Below, one piece after another: positions 51,143-64,000 of a stretch of DNA of 64,000 nt (positions within the stretch are counted from its first letter, which is position 1; each line of letters begins with the position of its first letter). The translations under genes and the position numbers were made by a program. This DNA is from Hyphochytrium catenoides (lineage: Eukaryota; Protista; Hyphochytriomycota), in contig FLMG01004242.1 of the NCBI GenBank assembly GCA_900088475.1, positions 1 through 64,000 on the forward strand, in the 5' to 3' direction. The notes beneath the pieces were generated by a model, which was not told the DNA's origin, did not search any database, and saw nothing but the letters and a program-made list of their open reading frames with translations.

Positions 51143-52018
51143 TTATCGGCCGCAATGCGGGCACCAGCTCTGGACGGGCTCTAGCTGTCTCTTGAGACTA
51201 TGCTCAAGTTGCTTCAATGCTTTCACCTTTTCACTCCATTCCAGAACAGCTTGATAGTTTTTCTCTTTCTTGGCCCTCTCCTTCATATTCCCGGACGTGT
51301 TTATTTGAGTGCGGAGTTCCGCTAGCTGCTCCTTTTTCTTCTCTCTGCCACCCTCGGTAGACAAAGATGCGGACGTATTCTGCACTCTGTATGATCGAAG
51401 ACACTGACCACAAAGTCCATACAGAGAGAAGAGAGATATAGCTTCATCCCTGTTCTGGACACCAAGAAGCTTGCACTGTTCTTTCACTTTGTTGCTTGGC
51501 ACCTTTACTTGCTCAAGAGAGTATAGACTCTTCTTTCTAATGTCCTCTATTGCTTCGTGGTTTGGTTCCAAAGACTTCGGCCGTTCTCCATCTTCTTTCC
51601 CTATGTTAGCCTCGTCTTTCGTTGGTCCATCGCGTTCTGCCTCTTGCCGATGGAGGAGAAGCAGAGTAAGATGTTGGTTAAGAATGTCTATACTTGTGAC
51701 AATAGCCCAAGGGAAGGTGGATGTTTTCAGGCCGCCGTTCCGGCTGGCGGACGCGGATAGTGGGGCAGCATATTCCATAAGGGTTCCTAAGCTAATAGGG
51801 GAGCTCTTGGAGTCTTCGAGAAAGAGCCAGTCCGGAGTGCGAGGTCGCTTGCAGGTTGAACAAAGTGCTGTCCACGAGGTGGCAGCAGGTCCATTCTTCC
51901 TTCCACAAAGATAACAGATCCACCAGTCCTCGGCTTTCTCCTTGCCAGGCAATATCCCCAAACTGGTGGAAGATGCTAAGAGGTAACTCGATAACGGACC
52001 TGAAAGAACTCTGGCCAT
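51143..52018 (-). CDS. Hypothetical 291-aa protein with a RanBP2-like zinc finger and a C-terminal coiled coil
   Basis: Long non-repetitive ORF containing WICYLCGRKN...CSTCKRPR (WxCxxC...N...CxxC), plus LCGQC and terminal WCPHCGR. Confidence 0.6.
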   Translation of the reverse strand: MARVLSGPLSSYLLASSTSLGILPGKEKAEDWWICYLCGRKNGPAATSWTALCSTCKRPRTPDWLFLEDSKSSPISLGTLMEYAAPLSASASRNGGLKTSTFPWAIVTSIDILNQHLTLLLLHRQEAERDGPTKDEANIGKEDGERPKSLEPNHEAIEDIRKKSLYSLEQVKVPSNKVKEQCKLLGVQNRDEAISLFSLYGLCGQCLRSYRVQNTSASLSTEGGREKKKEQLAELRTQINTSGNMKERAKKEKNYQAVLEWSEKVKALKQLEHSLKRQLEPVQSWCPHCGR

Positions 52019-55000
52019 AGCGTTGCAATGGTGGTCTCATAGAGACCCAGCTCAAGATAATTTGCGCTGCATACACTCTAAGTGCTGCTTTGTCGACGAC
52101 AGAGCTGAAAAGAGACGAATCGAAGAAACGATCGACGACGGCTCCGGACTCTGTTACAATGAATTGTCTTCTGATTGATGACGACTATACTGGCTACATG
52201 CACAGACCTAGGCGCCTCGACTGCTTGGACAGACTAGTAGTATCGAACCTCAGCTCTGACGATAGAAGAATGAGCAGACTGCCAACAGCGGATCTGCTAA
52301 ATGATTGTATGGGCAGACGAGGCCCTCGCCATTCCCCTGCATGGTGGTGGTGCCGCTGCGTTCGAGTTCAGCGTCAACAACAAGGTGATGATGCTTGAGC
52401 TTTGGGTCTGCGGCAACCCAATGTGGCCGTTAGCGGTCTCACTTCCGTTACTACCTGTACCCTTCTGGCTATAGCCCTAAAAAACCTTATCGTTAGTACT
52501 TGTACTGTTTCGTCGTCATGACTGAAAAAAATTAGGTCTTTATGGTGACGGACGTAGGGAAAGAGGGCAATAGTAGTTGTTCTTAGGCGTAGCCGCACTT
52601 GCCTTATGCTTCTATCTCCGAGAGTTGCAGGTTGGATGAGGGATCTTTCCTCCTCCAGCTGTACTATGGTATAATTGCACGTCGTAGTGAGAATGGTAGT
52701 AGAGGAAGACGAAGATGATTATTCCTCTTCTTCTTGGCAATCAGGACGACGATGCGACAACATGGAGCAGCGACGACGACGTGGACGCGTACTTTGCATT
52801 GTTCTAGAGAGCGTTAGGGACCGATAATGGTAGAGACCTACGAGACAACATGCAGTGGTGGTAGGCGCTAAACGTTGGCTAGAATCGTCCTCCGTCATCA
52901 TGCTGCAATGATGGGCCCTACTGTACCTTCTACTCGTATTATGCTTTGTTGTTGGACGTCTAACACCACTGTACCGTGAAGGAGGATTGCGTGAGAAAAG
53001 CGGATTGACTTGAGCGTGGGAGACGTCGTGAAGCTTCAATTTGCCGGGAGCGAGCCACCAGCAGCAGGAGGAGACTTGAAGACTGCAAAAGAATTTGTGG
53101 ACTACATTCAGAACCACAAAAATGCCGGAAAGTCATCAGTTGTGCGACCCAGTAGGCGGCAACAACAACCACGCCCTTTGGTGGGAACTTTTTCCCTCCT
53201 TTATCGCAGCGAATAATAGATGCCTTCAATAATAAGTGTTACACTAGCAACAGCTTACCCGCCTCTTGTTTGGGCTATCTCCTGTTGCTGCGCCTCATCT
53301 TTTTCTTTCTCTCTCTAACATTAGTGATGCTGTCGGGCGTTTTCCTTTCTCTTGCTGCCTGTGATCTTCGTTGACAAGAGAGCAGACACCACCTGGAATG
53401 ATTAAATGATAACAAATGATCGCGCTACTATTTCTTCTCGATATATCGGAAGCTTTGATTCTTTATTATCTATAACTGCCGTTCTAGTCAAAGCAAGGGA
53501 CATCGTTGTTGTTGCCTCTCATCTGGTGGGGCAATGCCGGCCGCCGCCGTCAGTGATTTTGGCAATGCCGCCGTCGCTCAGTGATATCTTATGAGTCTCC
53601 GGTCCAGGTGACGGTGACGAATAAGCTCTTCTTCTATAAATGACCTTAAAGGAGGTATCGCCACGCCTCTAAACGCCGCAGAAACTCTATGTAACCATCA
53701 TTCATCATTCTTCTTTATTAGCTCCAGGGAGACGAATGATGGTGGCTGAACGGAACAAAGCGTCTTCGGGCCGGTGCACAGATTGACAAGCGGCATAGCC
53801 TGCCATAAAAGGCGGAGACTGATGCACGTCGTTCAGCCACAAAACTCCTTCTAATAATGCCAGTCTCCCCACCAACAATGTCCGCAGCTATATAAAAATA
53901 GTTCAATAAATCTGCCTCTGTAGGAAGAGCGAGGAGGTCTCTCGAACTACCTGTGGACCTCGGTAGTCCTACCATATCACATCTGAAGGAAAGGCTACTC
54001 GCTCAATCCTGATACGATGGTGGAGAGGGACTTGCTGCCTTCTCTGAGCAGCAGTATCTGTAGAGGGCGTTCCACACACGCGAAGTCGTCTATCTTAGAC
54101 ATCAACTTTCTGGAGCCCTATCTCTTTCTATCGCTTGTTCCACCGTTCTTCTTTACAATGACATCGTCCCTCCCTCTCTTTCTTGCTCTCCTGTTTATGC
54201 TGATCATTCGTTCTTTAGTGGCGTACAGTCTGGACGGAGACGGTACAGAACTGTAAGTGTGCCTCATAGTCCGGAGTAGTAGTATTTTATAAAGTGTTTA
54301 TGCGGAAGATGGTAACGGGGTAATTTGTAGATAGTATTAACCATTATTACTACTACTCTTTCACGCACTCTCCCCGACCCTTCCACCAAAGCCTCTATAG
54401 TCTCCGAGCGATATTATGGAAATGTAGTGTTAGAGTATGACCGGCTCAGCCCTCACCACCAAACACAAATAGCTCAGTCATCATACGTAGTCGAACGAAT
54501 GGAACCGGGCAGGAGACAGGCGTCAGAAAGCTTTCCCAGTCTGGGCTTGAAGAGCTTCTGGGCAACGACATTATAGAAGAGGCACGCGTCACTGCCAACA
54601 GTTGGTGGTGGTCGCCCCAATCGGTGGTGTTTATGAGCTTGAATAATGACTTGGTTCTGTCCCCTCTTCTAACACCCTTGCACTAACTCCAGCAGGTTGC
54701 TACAACGGTGTACGCAAGAGCCTGCTACTACCTTCAACTACTCAGAGGAGTATCAATTTTGTGTGATACAAGAGCTGGTGCATGGTTCCTCCTCTTCTAA
54801 GTACAACATTTACCTTACCTACGAGGTCTACATCACAAGCCCCTCGATGCCTTGTGGTCTCGTGGTGGTGTTGACTAGAGGAGGACGGAGGGGCCGTCGT
54901 ACCAGTACCGTAGTAGGATAGAAGATTCGATCGATACGGAGATTCGAGACGGCTGCATAAAGAATAACCGGCCTAAAAATAATAAGCTTATTACTGATCG

Positions 55001-56627
55001 GAGTACGAGTACTATGTCTTTACACAGTAGGAACTAGTACAGTAGGTGTACTAGCGCAGCCTCGGACTGCGCATGAGTGAAGCCCTGGTACAAGTGAGAC
55101 GGCAGTGTATCACCGTTGACCGTTGCCGTACGTGCTATTGCTGCCCGTATTTTTTTTTATTGAATGAGAGGCGGTCCACGGTCGACGGTCCTTGAACGAT
55201 CCACCATCCACCGCTTTTCCAAGCTTGTTCTCTTCCTCTTCCTTATCGCAAAACGGTAGTACAGGTTACATGCCTGTGTTAGTACTCGTATACCGTGATT
55301 TATGTTGGTTTTCAACGAACTCTCTCTACGAGGCATAGGGGATACTCTTTCTCTGGCTCATCCAACCACAATAAGTTGACAGCTGCATAAGAGACAGAGA
55401 GACCCTGCCTTTCCCTTTTTGGTCCTCCTCCCCGCTGTTCCATGTCTCATGTCATTCAGTGGTAGTGTCGTTCCATTCTTTCTTTTCGGCACTCTGTCTG
55501 AATGTCTACCACATAACTTCAAGAGATAACTACCAAGAGCTGCACCTCGTGGCTCTTTGGAGTATGGCGGCTGCCCTACCCACCCCTGGATGTTTCTCTT
55601 CATTCCTGTTGAGACAGGCCAAAGAACTATCAATAAAGAGTGGGAGACAGAGGAAGAGTCCTTTATGAATGTGAGAATGTGAGAACACAGCTTACAAACA
55701 GGGATGTGGTGCGATGGGTGGGAATATACGTTTCACCAGTTCGTTAACTCTTTCGAACTCTTTCATAGCCTTTCAGATACTGTACTACCGACCGTAATGA
55801 GTTACGAGGTCGGTCACACGGCCCAAAACCTGTCTGAAATCGTAAATTCTCGAAAACCTTTTGTGGCCGACAAGGTGGAGTGAGGGGCATTCCCAATGAA
55901 CAGATTCATAATCTACCATATTGTAGATCGCATGATACGGAATAAAGATGTGCATATTTCTCTTTCTGCGCCTCATTGTTCCCTTTTTGTTGCGATGAAG
56001 AGGAAAAAGAACAGGCATCGAGCAGAACATTACCGCAGGGATGGCGAAAATGCGATACAAAGGCTGGCGCAAAAGCACGGCTTTCCAGAAAAGCTGATCT
56101 CACTCGCTTTTGACGGAGATTCTGGGCACTTCAGACGAGGAAATCTAGAGATTTTGGTGGTTGTCTGCTGAACATTGCTGAATCTAGTCTCAAGTCGTTT
56201 CTCGCCGCAGCATCTGGAAGGATCACCGTCTGTCTTGTTTTCTGTACCTGTTGAGGCTTTGCCATTGGCTAAAACGCTTAAATCGAAAGTAGAGGGCAGA
56301 AAGCTAGGTCAGGCACCGTGCGTCTCTCCTACGGTGAATGTGCATCTACCGGAGATCGAAGGAAAGTAGTGTTTTATCGCTGTCCCATTTGAATTTTGCA
56401 AAGTCTGGGCGGATTAGAAGACCTTAATCAGCAAGCTGGGAGAGGTGCTGGGACTGACATAACCGAACGGTCTTACGTAAGAGTATCGAGGCGAGAGTAC
56501 CTGTCATTATTCCTGTTAAACTGCTTCGAGGATGAAAGAGAGTCCCCATTCTGACGGATCAGCGCACATTGCATTACCCGAGGACTAAGACATACATCGC
56601 ACCGAGTACGAGCTTGTGGGCTGGCCA

Positions 56628-57962
56628 ATGGCTCTTCCACGTGGTGGTTCGATGGAGGGCACTATGCAGTCAGAAACCAATGCCCAAGTAGTTGAATTTC
56701 GGCATCGTTGGAAGATAACCAACTTTGCCTGGCTCGACAGTGAGCCTTCCACAGCTACGAGGAGTCCGCCGTTCCGTAGTGCCGGTAAGCAGTAGCGCTT
56801 TATCAGTTGATGCCAGGCTTCTCTGGGCTGCTGCTCTTGTTGGTCCTTCATGGCACTGCGTGTCACCGTCTTCATTGCTAACCTAATAACTGTCCTCGGG
56901 CCCCTCCTTCCCTTCTCTACAGGCCATGAATGGCAGCTACATGTTTATCCCAATGGAATGCGGGCGGAAGACAAGGGCTTCGTCGGCATCTTTTTGGCCA
57001 GCGTGTCCTGTCATGAACACGATGGCTTACGTGCACGTTTCAAGTCCACAATTCTTAATAAGTGTCCGGAGCTGAACTTCGAGAGAGAGGACAAGCTTAT
57101 CAAGTGTTATGGTATGCCTTTGAAGAATTGGCTCCTCATCTGTAGCCAAAAGAGTTAACCTCCCTACTTCCGATTTACAGGAACTTGGGGTTGGAATCGC
57201 TTTGTTGATCGCGAGCGGTTGCTTAAGACGGAAAATGGCTATGTAACCAACGACACCGTGACTATTGAGGTGGTGGTCTGGGTACGGTCGGGCATCGTTT
57301 CCACAACCCACCCCATAGAAACACCCCTTTTGGTTATAAGTCCGCCGACAATTGCAGCGGAAATGGGAGAGCTACTTCGCTCTGCTGATCACAGTGACAT
57401 GACCATCAGTTGCGCGGGAGAGGAGATCCCGGTCCATAAGTGCATTTTGGCATTGCGATCCAAGGTTTTCCGGGCTATGCTGACTCACAACATGCAAGAA
57501 AATAGGGACAATACGCTGATTATATCAGACACAGATCCAGATGTCCTGAAGGAGCTTGTCAGCTTCATCTACACAGATGAGTGCAGCCCTGAAGTGGTGG
57601 AAAAGTGTGGGGTGGAGCTGATGAAGATGGCAGACAAATATGAGTTGGCCAGACTTCGTACCATTTGCGAGCATCACCTCAGCAAGAGCCTTACAGTTGA
57701 AAATGTGGTCGACAGGCTTACACAGGCGGATATGTGTCAAGCGGCAGGGCTGAAGGCAAAGTGCGTGGCGTTTTTATGCTCAAATTTGGCTGAAGTCTCG
57801 GACACAGAACAGTATAAGAATCTTTGCCAGATGCGGCCAGACCTATTGGTTGACGTAGTCGACTACCAGGCACAAAGGGCCATACAAACATCTACAGTAG
57901 CACCCAATCAGACCACCCAACGGAAGCGGAGACGGGCTGAATCGGGTCAGCCGAGTAGTTGA
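56628..57962 (+). CDS. MATH-BTB (SPOP/BPM-like) Cullin3 substrate adaptor, 3 exons
   Basis: MATH: HRWKITNF..SPPF, WQLHVYPNG..GFVGIFL, WGWNRFV. BTB: SDMTISCAGEEIPVHKCILALRSKVFRAML..FIYTD..ADKYELARLRTICE. Basic tail QRKRRR. Confidence 0.93.
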
Positions 57963-58692
57963 GGCCATCATCATGACCCTGGGTGGCTCAAGAGGACGGT
58001 TGATCCCATGCTGAGTCGGCGGTCTAGGGCACTCTCGGGATGCCACTAAGTTTGTCTCTTGTCTCTCTGTAATGGGGTGTAAGCTGACAGTCAGGCCATC
58101 AATCGCTCCTATACCGTTGCATGCCGACCCCGTGCGACAATTCCACATTCATTTATCTATTTTCCCTACCTAATAACTATTCGCCTTCACCTGTTGCTAA
58201 TGACATAGTCGTTGGTGCAACCAGTGGAGCGGCAGGGCTTTGTGCTTTAGATAATCCAAAATGAACCCTTAGATCTCACCATCCGTCGTGATGGCACTGG
58301 TTCCCATAGTTCTGCCCTTCCCTCAGAGCACTGGTCTGCGCAGTTTCCGTCCTCTTGATCCTCGCTTCTTTAGAAAGACTCTCTCACCATCAGTGGATAG
58401 CTGTTATGAGCTCCGCCTCAATTGATATCTTCTCGGAACATTGCCTTTGGCAGCGTTCCATACTCAAATCTATCAATCCGTCCACCAGTCCTCAGGTCTG
58501 ACACGCTAAGAAAGGGACCATCTCAGCCACAGCTATTCACTCAACTGTCGCCATTAATGATATGCTACCTGGACCTCGTTCTCTTATGAACATCTAGAAA
58601 GCGCTAGATCTGAGAGATATCTTCATATAGTTTCCTAATACTATTACTCTACTCATCTCCACGCTTAACCCTGCACCGCTCTCAGTGCTTCT

Positions 58693-61600
58693 CTAATCAT
58701 CTTCCTGGAATATAATGGCTGCTCCGGCCAGGATCCACCTATACTTAGGCGCCACGGTCCGCAGAGTGGCCAGCATCACGTAGGTTGGCCCCCTGAAGGT
58801 TGTCATGTACATCGGACACTCATAGATAGAGGACGAGTGACGGAGGTAGCCCACACTGCTGGGCTCCCACTCGGGCTGAACCCGAACAGCTCGGACGAAA
58901 GCGACTGGAAGAGATGGGAGAAGCTCCTTAAGACGGCTATCAGTCAAATGTCCACCACATGGAACTCCTCCTATCATCTCCGTCTCCTCTATTTCCTCCT
59001 TGGACTGCCATCGTGCACCTAGAGAAAGAGAAAGAAACAGACAAACTAGCGTTAGTTCCTCGTCGACATCAGATGTCTTACTATCGAGTCCTGTTGATGT
59101 TTCCTACTTCACCTCCGCCCATCTCCCTTTCCGTATATAGATACGTTTCTTTTCTCCACTGCAGCTTTTACTTTTAAAGTCCACTTCGGTCCTACCTTCA
59201 ATATAGAGTCCATGCACAAAGACACCATCCTGCGGGTGGGCAGGCACCTCGTCCGGTGAAGCGTACATCGTGATGTGCGTCTCTGTGGTCATCTGGTCGA
59301 GAGGGAACTGATTCTTACGAGCAGTCACCTGGTAGTGAGGTACGTTCAGCGTATGTCAGGATAGGGTGATAAGGTAGGTTGAGGAACAGAACTGGAAGGG
59401 GAGCTGTAGGACATATGAACGAAAAGAGGTCGAGGAGGTTGAGAAGAGTCTCAAGCGTAAGGAGGGAGAGAGAACAGAGAGACTAAAGCAGGAGTAGCGA
59501 TCCAAACACAAACCTGCAGACAAGCGGTAGTGTAAGAAGTAGGATTGAAGAGGCCGGAGAGCCACATTGACTTGGGTCTCTGCAATTCTTCTGTCCACTT
59601 CCCAAGCTGCTCGACTCGAAGCAGCAAGTTAGAGAACCAGCTGACAAGAGACTTTTTGGAGGGCCACGCGAGCTTCTCCCACGTGCATTGGGAGAAAACG
59701 TTGCGGCCTGGGACCTAGGTGGAAGGGAGAAGAAGGGTAAGCGAGACGATTCATAAGCGCGGTGTCGAATGGAGACGAGAGCAATGGCAATCATCAGAGG
59801 AGAAGAGAAGAGAGGTACGGAGATCTTGACGTACCTGGTTGATTGAGAGCGCCTTGGCGAGGTCCTCCATCGCTTGAGACATGTTTAATTGCCCTTTAAG
59901 GCCCTTCTGCAGCTCTGTTAAGGACCGCTTAATCTCCCCAAGCAGTGTGTTCATTCTGGTGCACTCCTGCATAGCTACTACTACATACGGCCCCTCTTCG
60001 CCAGAGAGAAGAGGAGTCGCCTTCTCTCTCAACGTCATGAGGTCAAAGGTGGGAGGGCAGCGGGCCATCAGGTCCTCCATCGTCTGCTGCACAATGGATC
60101 CCTTTCCACCACCTGCATCCTCTCCCCCGCCGCCAGTTCCGCCACCAGAGATGGCGAGGATGGTGCTAAAGAGATTCTCTGTGGTGTTGGTAAGATATCC
60201 AATTTCTGCGTTAGGATGCAGCCCGAAGAGCTGAGGAGACTCAGGCGGCATTGATGACTCGATGTACTGGATAAATTGACAAGGTGGCGTAGGGGGACAA
60301 AAGTATGCGGTCAGATATGTATAGAATCTTCAGTCACGGTAACCGAGACAAGTAGGGGAGAGAGAAGGAGGAGAGAGGAAGATTGGACAGACAGAGACGG
60401 AAGGACGGGAAGCGAAGGAGCTAGGTTCTTCTTGGCTAAAGTTCTCGTCCTTCACCCTAGAAGATCAGTCATCCTTGTTACCTTAGCGTAGCCTTGGAAG
60501 TCAAGCTCATTAGGATCCGGGGACTTGAAGCCAGGACCTAGCTCCATCTTTTCAAACAGTCCAGTTTGCATGTAAACCTGAGATAGGCCACGAAGGAGGA
60601 CCAGGAGAAGGAGGGAGTCAGCTTGTGGACACCAGCCATCAACGAACAGCGAAAATACATGACTTTGACGAGAGGAAAGGCAGAAGATGGCGACAGCGAG
60701 AGGCGCAAGTAGCACACCTGTAGATACGTGTTGTTGGTCCTTCGATCCCAAGCGTCGGTGATATGACCTCCATACATAATCTCGCCAAAAATGTACCGGA
60801 GATCATCCCACGGAACAGTAGGATTGGCCTCCAAATAGTTGAAGAGCACATCTGCGATAGGTTATATGTTAGCCCATCGAGTAGCCGTCCAAAGCTCTTG
60901 GATCGAGGCACCGGATAAATAGACGGATTGGAAACCGGAATTAGAAGCGGAGGCTTCACAGAGGGAGAAGCCAGGACAGAGGGTTAACATCGTAGCTCCC
61001 ACTCACCTCCACAGATTGTCAGATCGCCAGTATTGAAGCTATACGCCCTGCTCCAGCCTTGCTGACCGAATCTTCTTCTGCCCAGCACGATTGCATGGAA
61101 CCAAGATAGAGCGAAGAGACAAGACTTCAGCTCTTTGCTCTTCGTGCTGCCGGATACTCTGTCTTCACTGAAATTGGCCCATGCTCTCCTCAGATTGCTT
61201 TGGATGTCAGATGGAGCCTCATTCGCCACCTTGATGCAGCTTTGCATCAAACTTTCGGGCATGTTCCTCATTGTAGGAATTGGCGGAGGCTCGGCCGAGA
61301 TGAAACAGCGGAAGTTCTCATGAGCACCTTCGCTGGCAATCTATGGAGGAAACCCGCATCGTTAGAATCTGCTATCAACCATCATGCTAGACTTCCATCT
61401 TCTCTTTAAACGTGTGTTGCCCCTCTCTCTCTCTAGCCCCATAAGAGAAACTCTTCCGAGCTTTTCCGCCTTTTCCTCAGCTCTACGGTCACGTCTTACC
61501 TCCAGCAGTCTCTCCAGTGCCGGAGTCCAAGTCTGCATCAGATGAACGTTTTGTAGCATGACCCATCCTCCTTCCTTGGCAAACCTTCTCACAACCTCCT

Positions 61601-64000
61601 CTGCTGGCGCCTCCTGCCCTTGACCCATGGAGATGTTGAAGAAGTTCCCTCGCTCTCCGGAGATATTGAGTTTTTTTCCAAGTTTCTCTACCCAAGGAGT
61701 GGGATCTACTCCTGGGAAGAGAACAAAGAAGATGGGAGTGCCAGGACTTGTCTCTTCGTAGGTCGCAGCCATGTCAAACGGTGGCTGAGAAACATACTCC
61801 ATGCCTGTGAGGAGCAGAGAGCGAGATGGCGTTTTAGAGCTTAAGCGTCTTAAGTGATGTGATTGCCAACGAAGATACTGTCTAGGACTTTTCCATCCAC
61901 TCTGCGCATCATTGTAGTCGCTCATCAGTCATCTTGCCACGTTTGGCACTAGGTTAAACCAACCTTACCGAGGTTGTCAGCGACAAACGTCCTTAGAGCT
62001 GTAGTGACTCTGTCTGGCCTCATCGCTCTAAGGAGGATCAGCTGATGGAAATGGCTCAACTTAGCGAAGTCGCCTGGGATCTTAGTGGTCTCAGGGCTCT
62101 CAGAGTCAAACCAGGCACGCCAGTCATCGCTGTCGCTCTGCATGGCATCCCCAATCCCTTGGAAGGCCTACGAAGATCGTAAGAAAAGATAGAGAAAGCC
62201 TTTAACATTTTGATCTTTATCAAACAAAGATCGAGATGGTATAGGCAACCAGGAGTCAAGATACACACGGAATCTGTCTACCTTCAGGCCTTCAAGTGCC
62301 TTGACCTTCGCCCAAACGGTCTCCGTCATCCACTCGGACAGCGGTCCCATGTTTCCTGGGTCTGTCGATTGCTTGCCGACAACCAGATACTCCACTTCTT
62401 CTCCCTGTTATGAAAAAGCCAAGAGCGGTAACCACCATGTAACTTAGTGAAGGCAGACTCCTCTGCTAGGTGAGAGACCCGGAAAGAGATGAGGTAGAGC
62501 CGTTCTTTGAAAATAAGAGAAGAAGTGGGAGAGTGATAAAGATCAGAAAGGAAGGAACGGCAAAAGTTGGCAGGGAGGTTGCGCACTTACGGGCAGGATG
62601 CCGTCCTTCACTAAGATTTTGAGACACAGCTGAGTCGCCACTGTAAGCTTGTCGCGTTCAAACAGGCCTCGACGGATATAGTTGAATACTGTGTGGGAAG
62701 GTAAGAGTAGGTGGATATACGGGAAAGAGATGCTAAGATATATAAAAGAGGTAAACGTCGATAGGAATGAAGTCCTTACCGGTCCTAGTAATGCTAGAAC
62801 TCAGCACTCTAGAACGCTCTGCCAACTCAGCGTCCGTGGCCTCTCTCGTTTCTTCTCCTGCATCATCTTGCGCAACTGGTTCTCCTGCTCCCTCAGTTCC
62901 AGCACCCTCTGGTCCACCAGCTCCTCCTGCGTTCCCTCCCTCCTGTCCCTTCTCTTTCTTTTTCACAGAGACCAAGTCAATGCCCCTGATGAAGACGGAC
63001 TGGAATGCAGAGAGAGAGTAGATGTAGTAGGTGTGCATCTTGGCCATGTCGTTCATTAGGAAGAACAAGAGACTGCCTCGCGCAGCAGCCGGTCGATACT
63101 TCTCGCTGGTGTTAGCAATGCTGGCCTGTACATGGGAATTGACGGTTAGGTAAGACCGCACTTGACAAGAGTAAAGGAGATTTACGTTCCCTATCAATGG
63201 TTCACTAACTAGGCATTGTGTCCTTCATCGGTTAGTCTAGTGTCTCTTCTCTTGAATAGATGATAGATTCTTAGCTCGTTACCTGTGTGATCTTGGCCAT
63301 TTCAACTTTCTGGTTAATGTCGTTCGAGATCCTCTTGGTCTCCTCGAGACCCTCGATCAGCTCCACATCCTCGGTGATGTCTCCTTGTGCTGTCGCTAGC
63401 TTGTATAGGATATTGTCTTCCAGCTCTTTCACCTATACCAAGGACGGGTTGAACGAGAATACGTCATGAGTTAGATGAGGACGTGAACGAATCCAGATCC
63501 AGAGGAAGAAAAGCACACCTTAATCTTGAACAAGTTTTGTTGCTGTACAAGCTCCTCCGCCATCGCCGCGAGATCTATACATAAGAAGAAGGGATTATCG
63601 TAAGCATGTTCCGCCTTTCTAGAGCTTCTCAAAGATCTCAGCCCTTCTTACCAGGCCGTTCTTTGCGGACAACGAGTGAGAGTAGCTGATCTTCGAGTCC
63701 CAGGCTTGTAACCGTGAAGTTAATCAGCGTGCACTCCGCCTGGAGCTCTGGTGGGAAGTGCGGGTTTGACAGCTTGGTGTGGAGGAAGAGGCTAGAGGAA
63801 TGTACCGACAATGATTGCCATTAAGTCAAGCGGCCAAGGGCGAAAGTAAGACGGGAGCTACCTACCGGAAGTTTGGATGGAACTCGACCTCCTTATCTCC
63901 CAGCTTGATGTACATACGATGACCCTTCTTGGTAGTTGCACGCTACGAGATGCAGGAGAAGGCAGCAGAGGCGCTTAGGTGTGACGATGAGGAGTGAAAA
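58693..64000 (-). CDS. Axonemal outer-arm dynein heavy chain (alpha/beta class), 3' portion; runs off the window end
   Basis: [146 protein letters not shown]...WILAGAAII. Confidence 0.96.

Noticed and set aside
56532-56588. Short uORF (MKESPHSDGSAHIALPED*) upstream of the MATH-BTB gene
   Set aside because: The transcription start is unknown, and an ORF this short is expected by chance.
1-64000. tRNA, rRNA or intact transposon genes
   Set aside because: None recognised by eye. tRNAscan-SE, Infernal and RepeatMasker would be needed to exclude them.

Overview
Gene-dense, intron-rich (GT-AG) eukaryotic nuclear DNA with CT/AG microsatellites and four N-gaps. DRC4/GAS8 and an outer-arm dynein heavy chain indicate a flagellated protist or alga; the taxon cannot be fixed from this window. 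Most genes are ordinary: a GBP-like GTPase, a coiled-coil protein, Nup85, Sas10/Utp3, a quinone oxidoreductase, a FAIM-like protein, OLA1, Sec61beta, a JmjC protein, a zinc-finger orphan and a MATH-BTB protein. The unusual part is about 4.7-13.6 kb. It holds a spliced single-chain EutB-EutC ethanolamine ammonia-lyase, a B12 enzyme normally considered bacterial. Next to it is a head-to-head pair of arsM (As(III) methyltransferase) and arsS (arsenosugar radical SAM), resembling the cyanobacterial arsenosugar operon. Between arsM and arsS lies a candidate spliced gene of about 51-60 aa that the ORF track does not show in spliced form. All gene models were assembled by eye from ORFs and splice signals, and family calls come from recognised motifs, not database searches.
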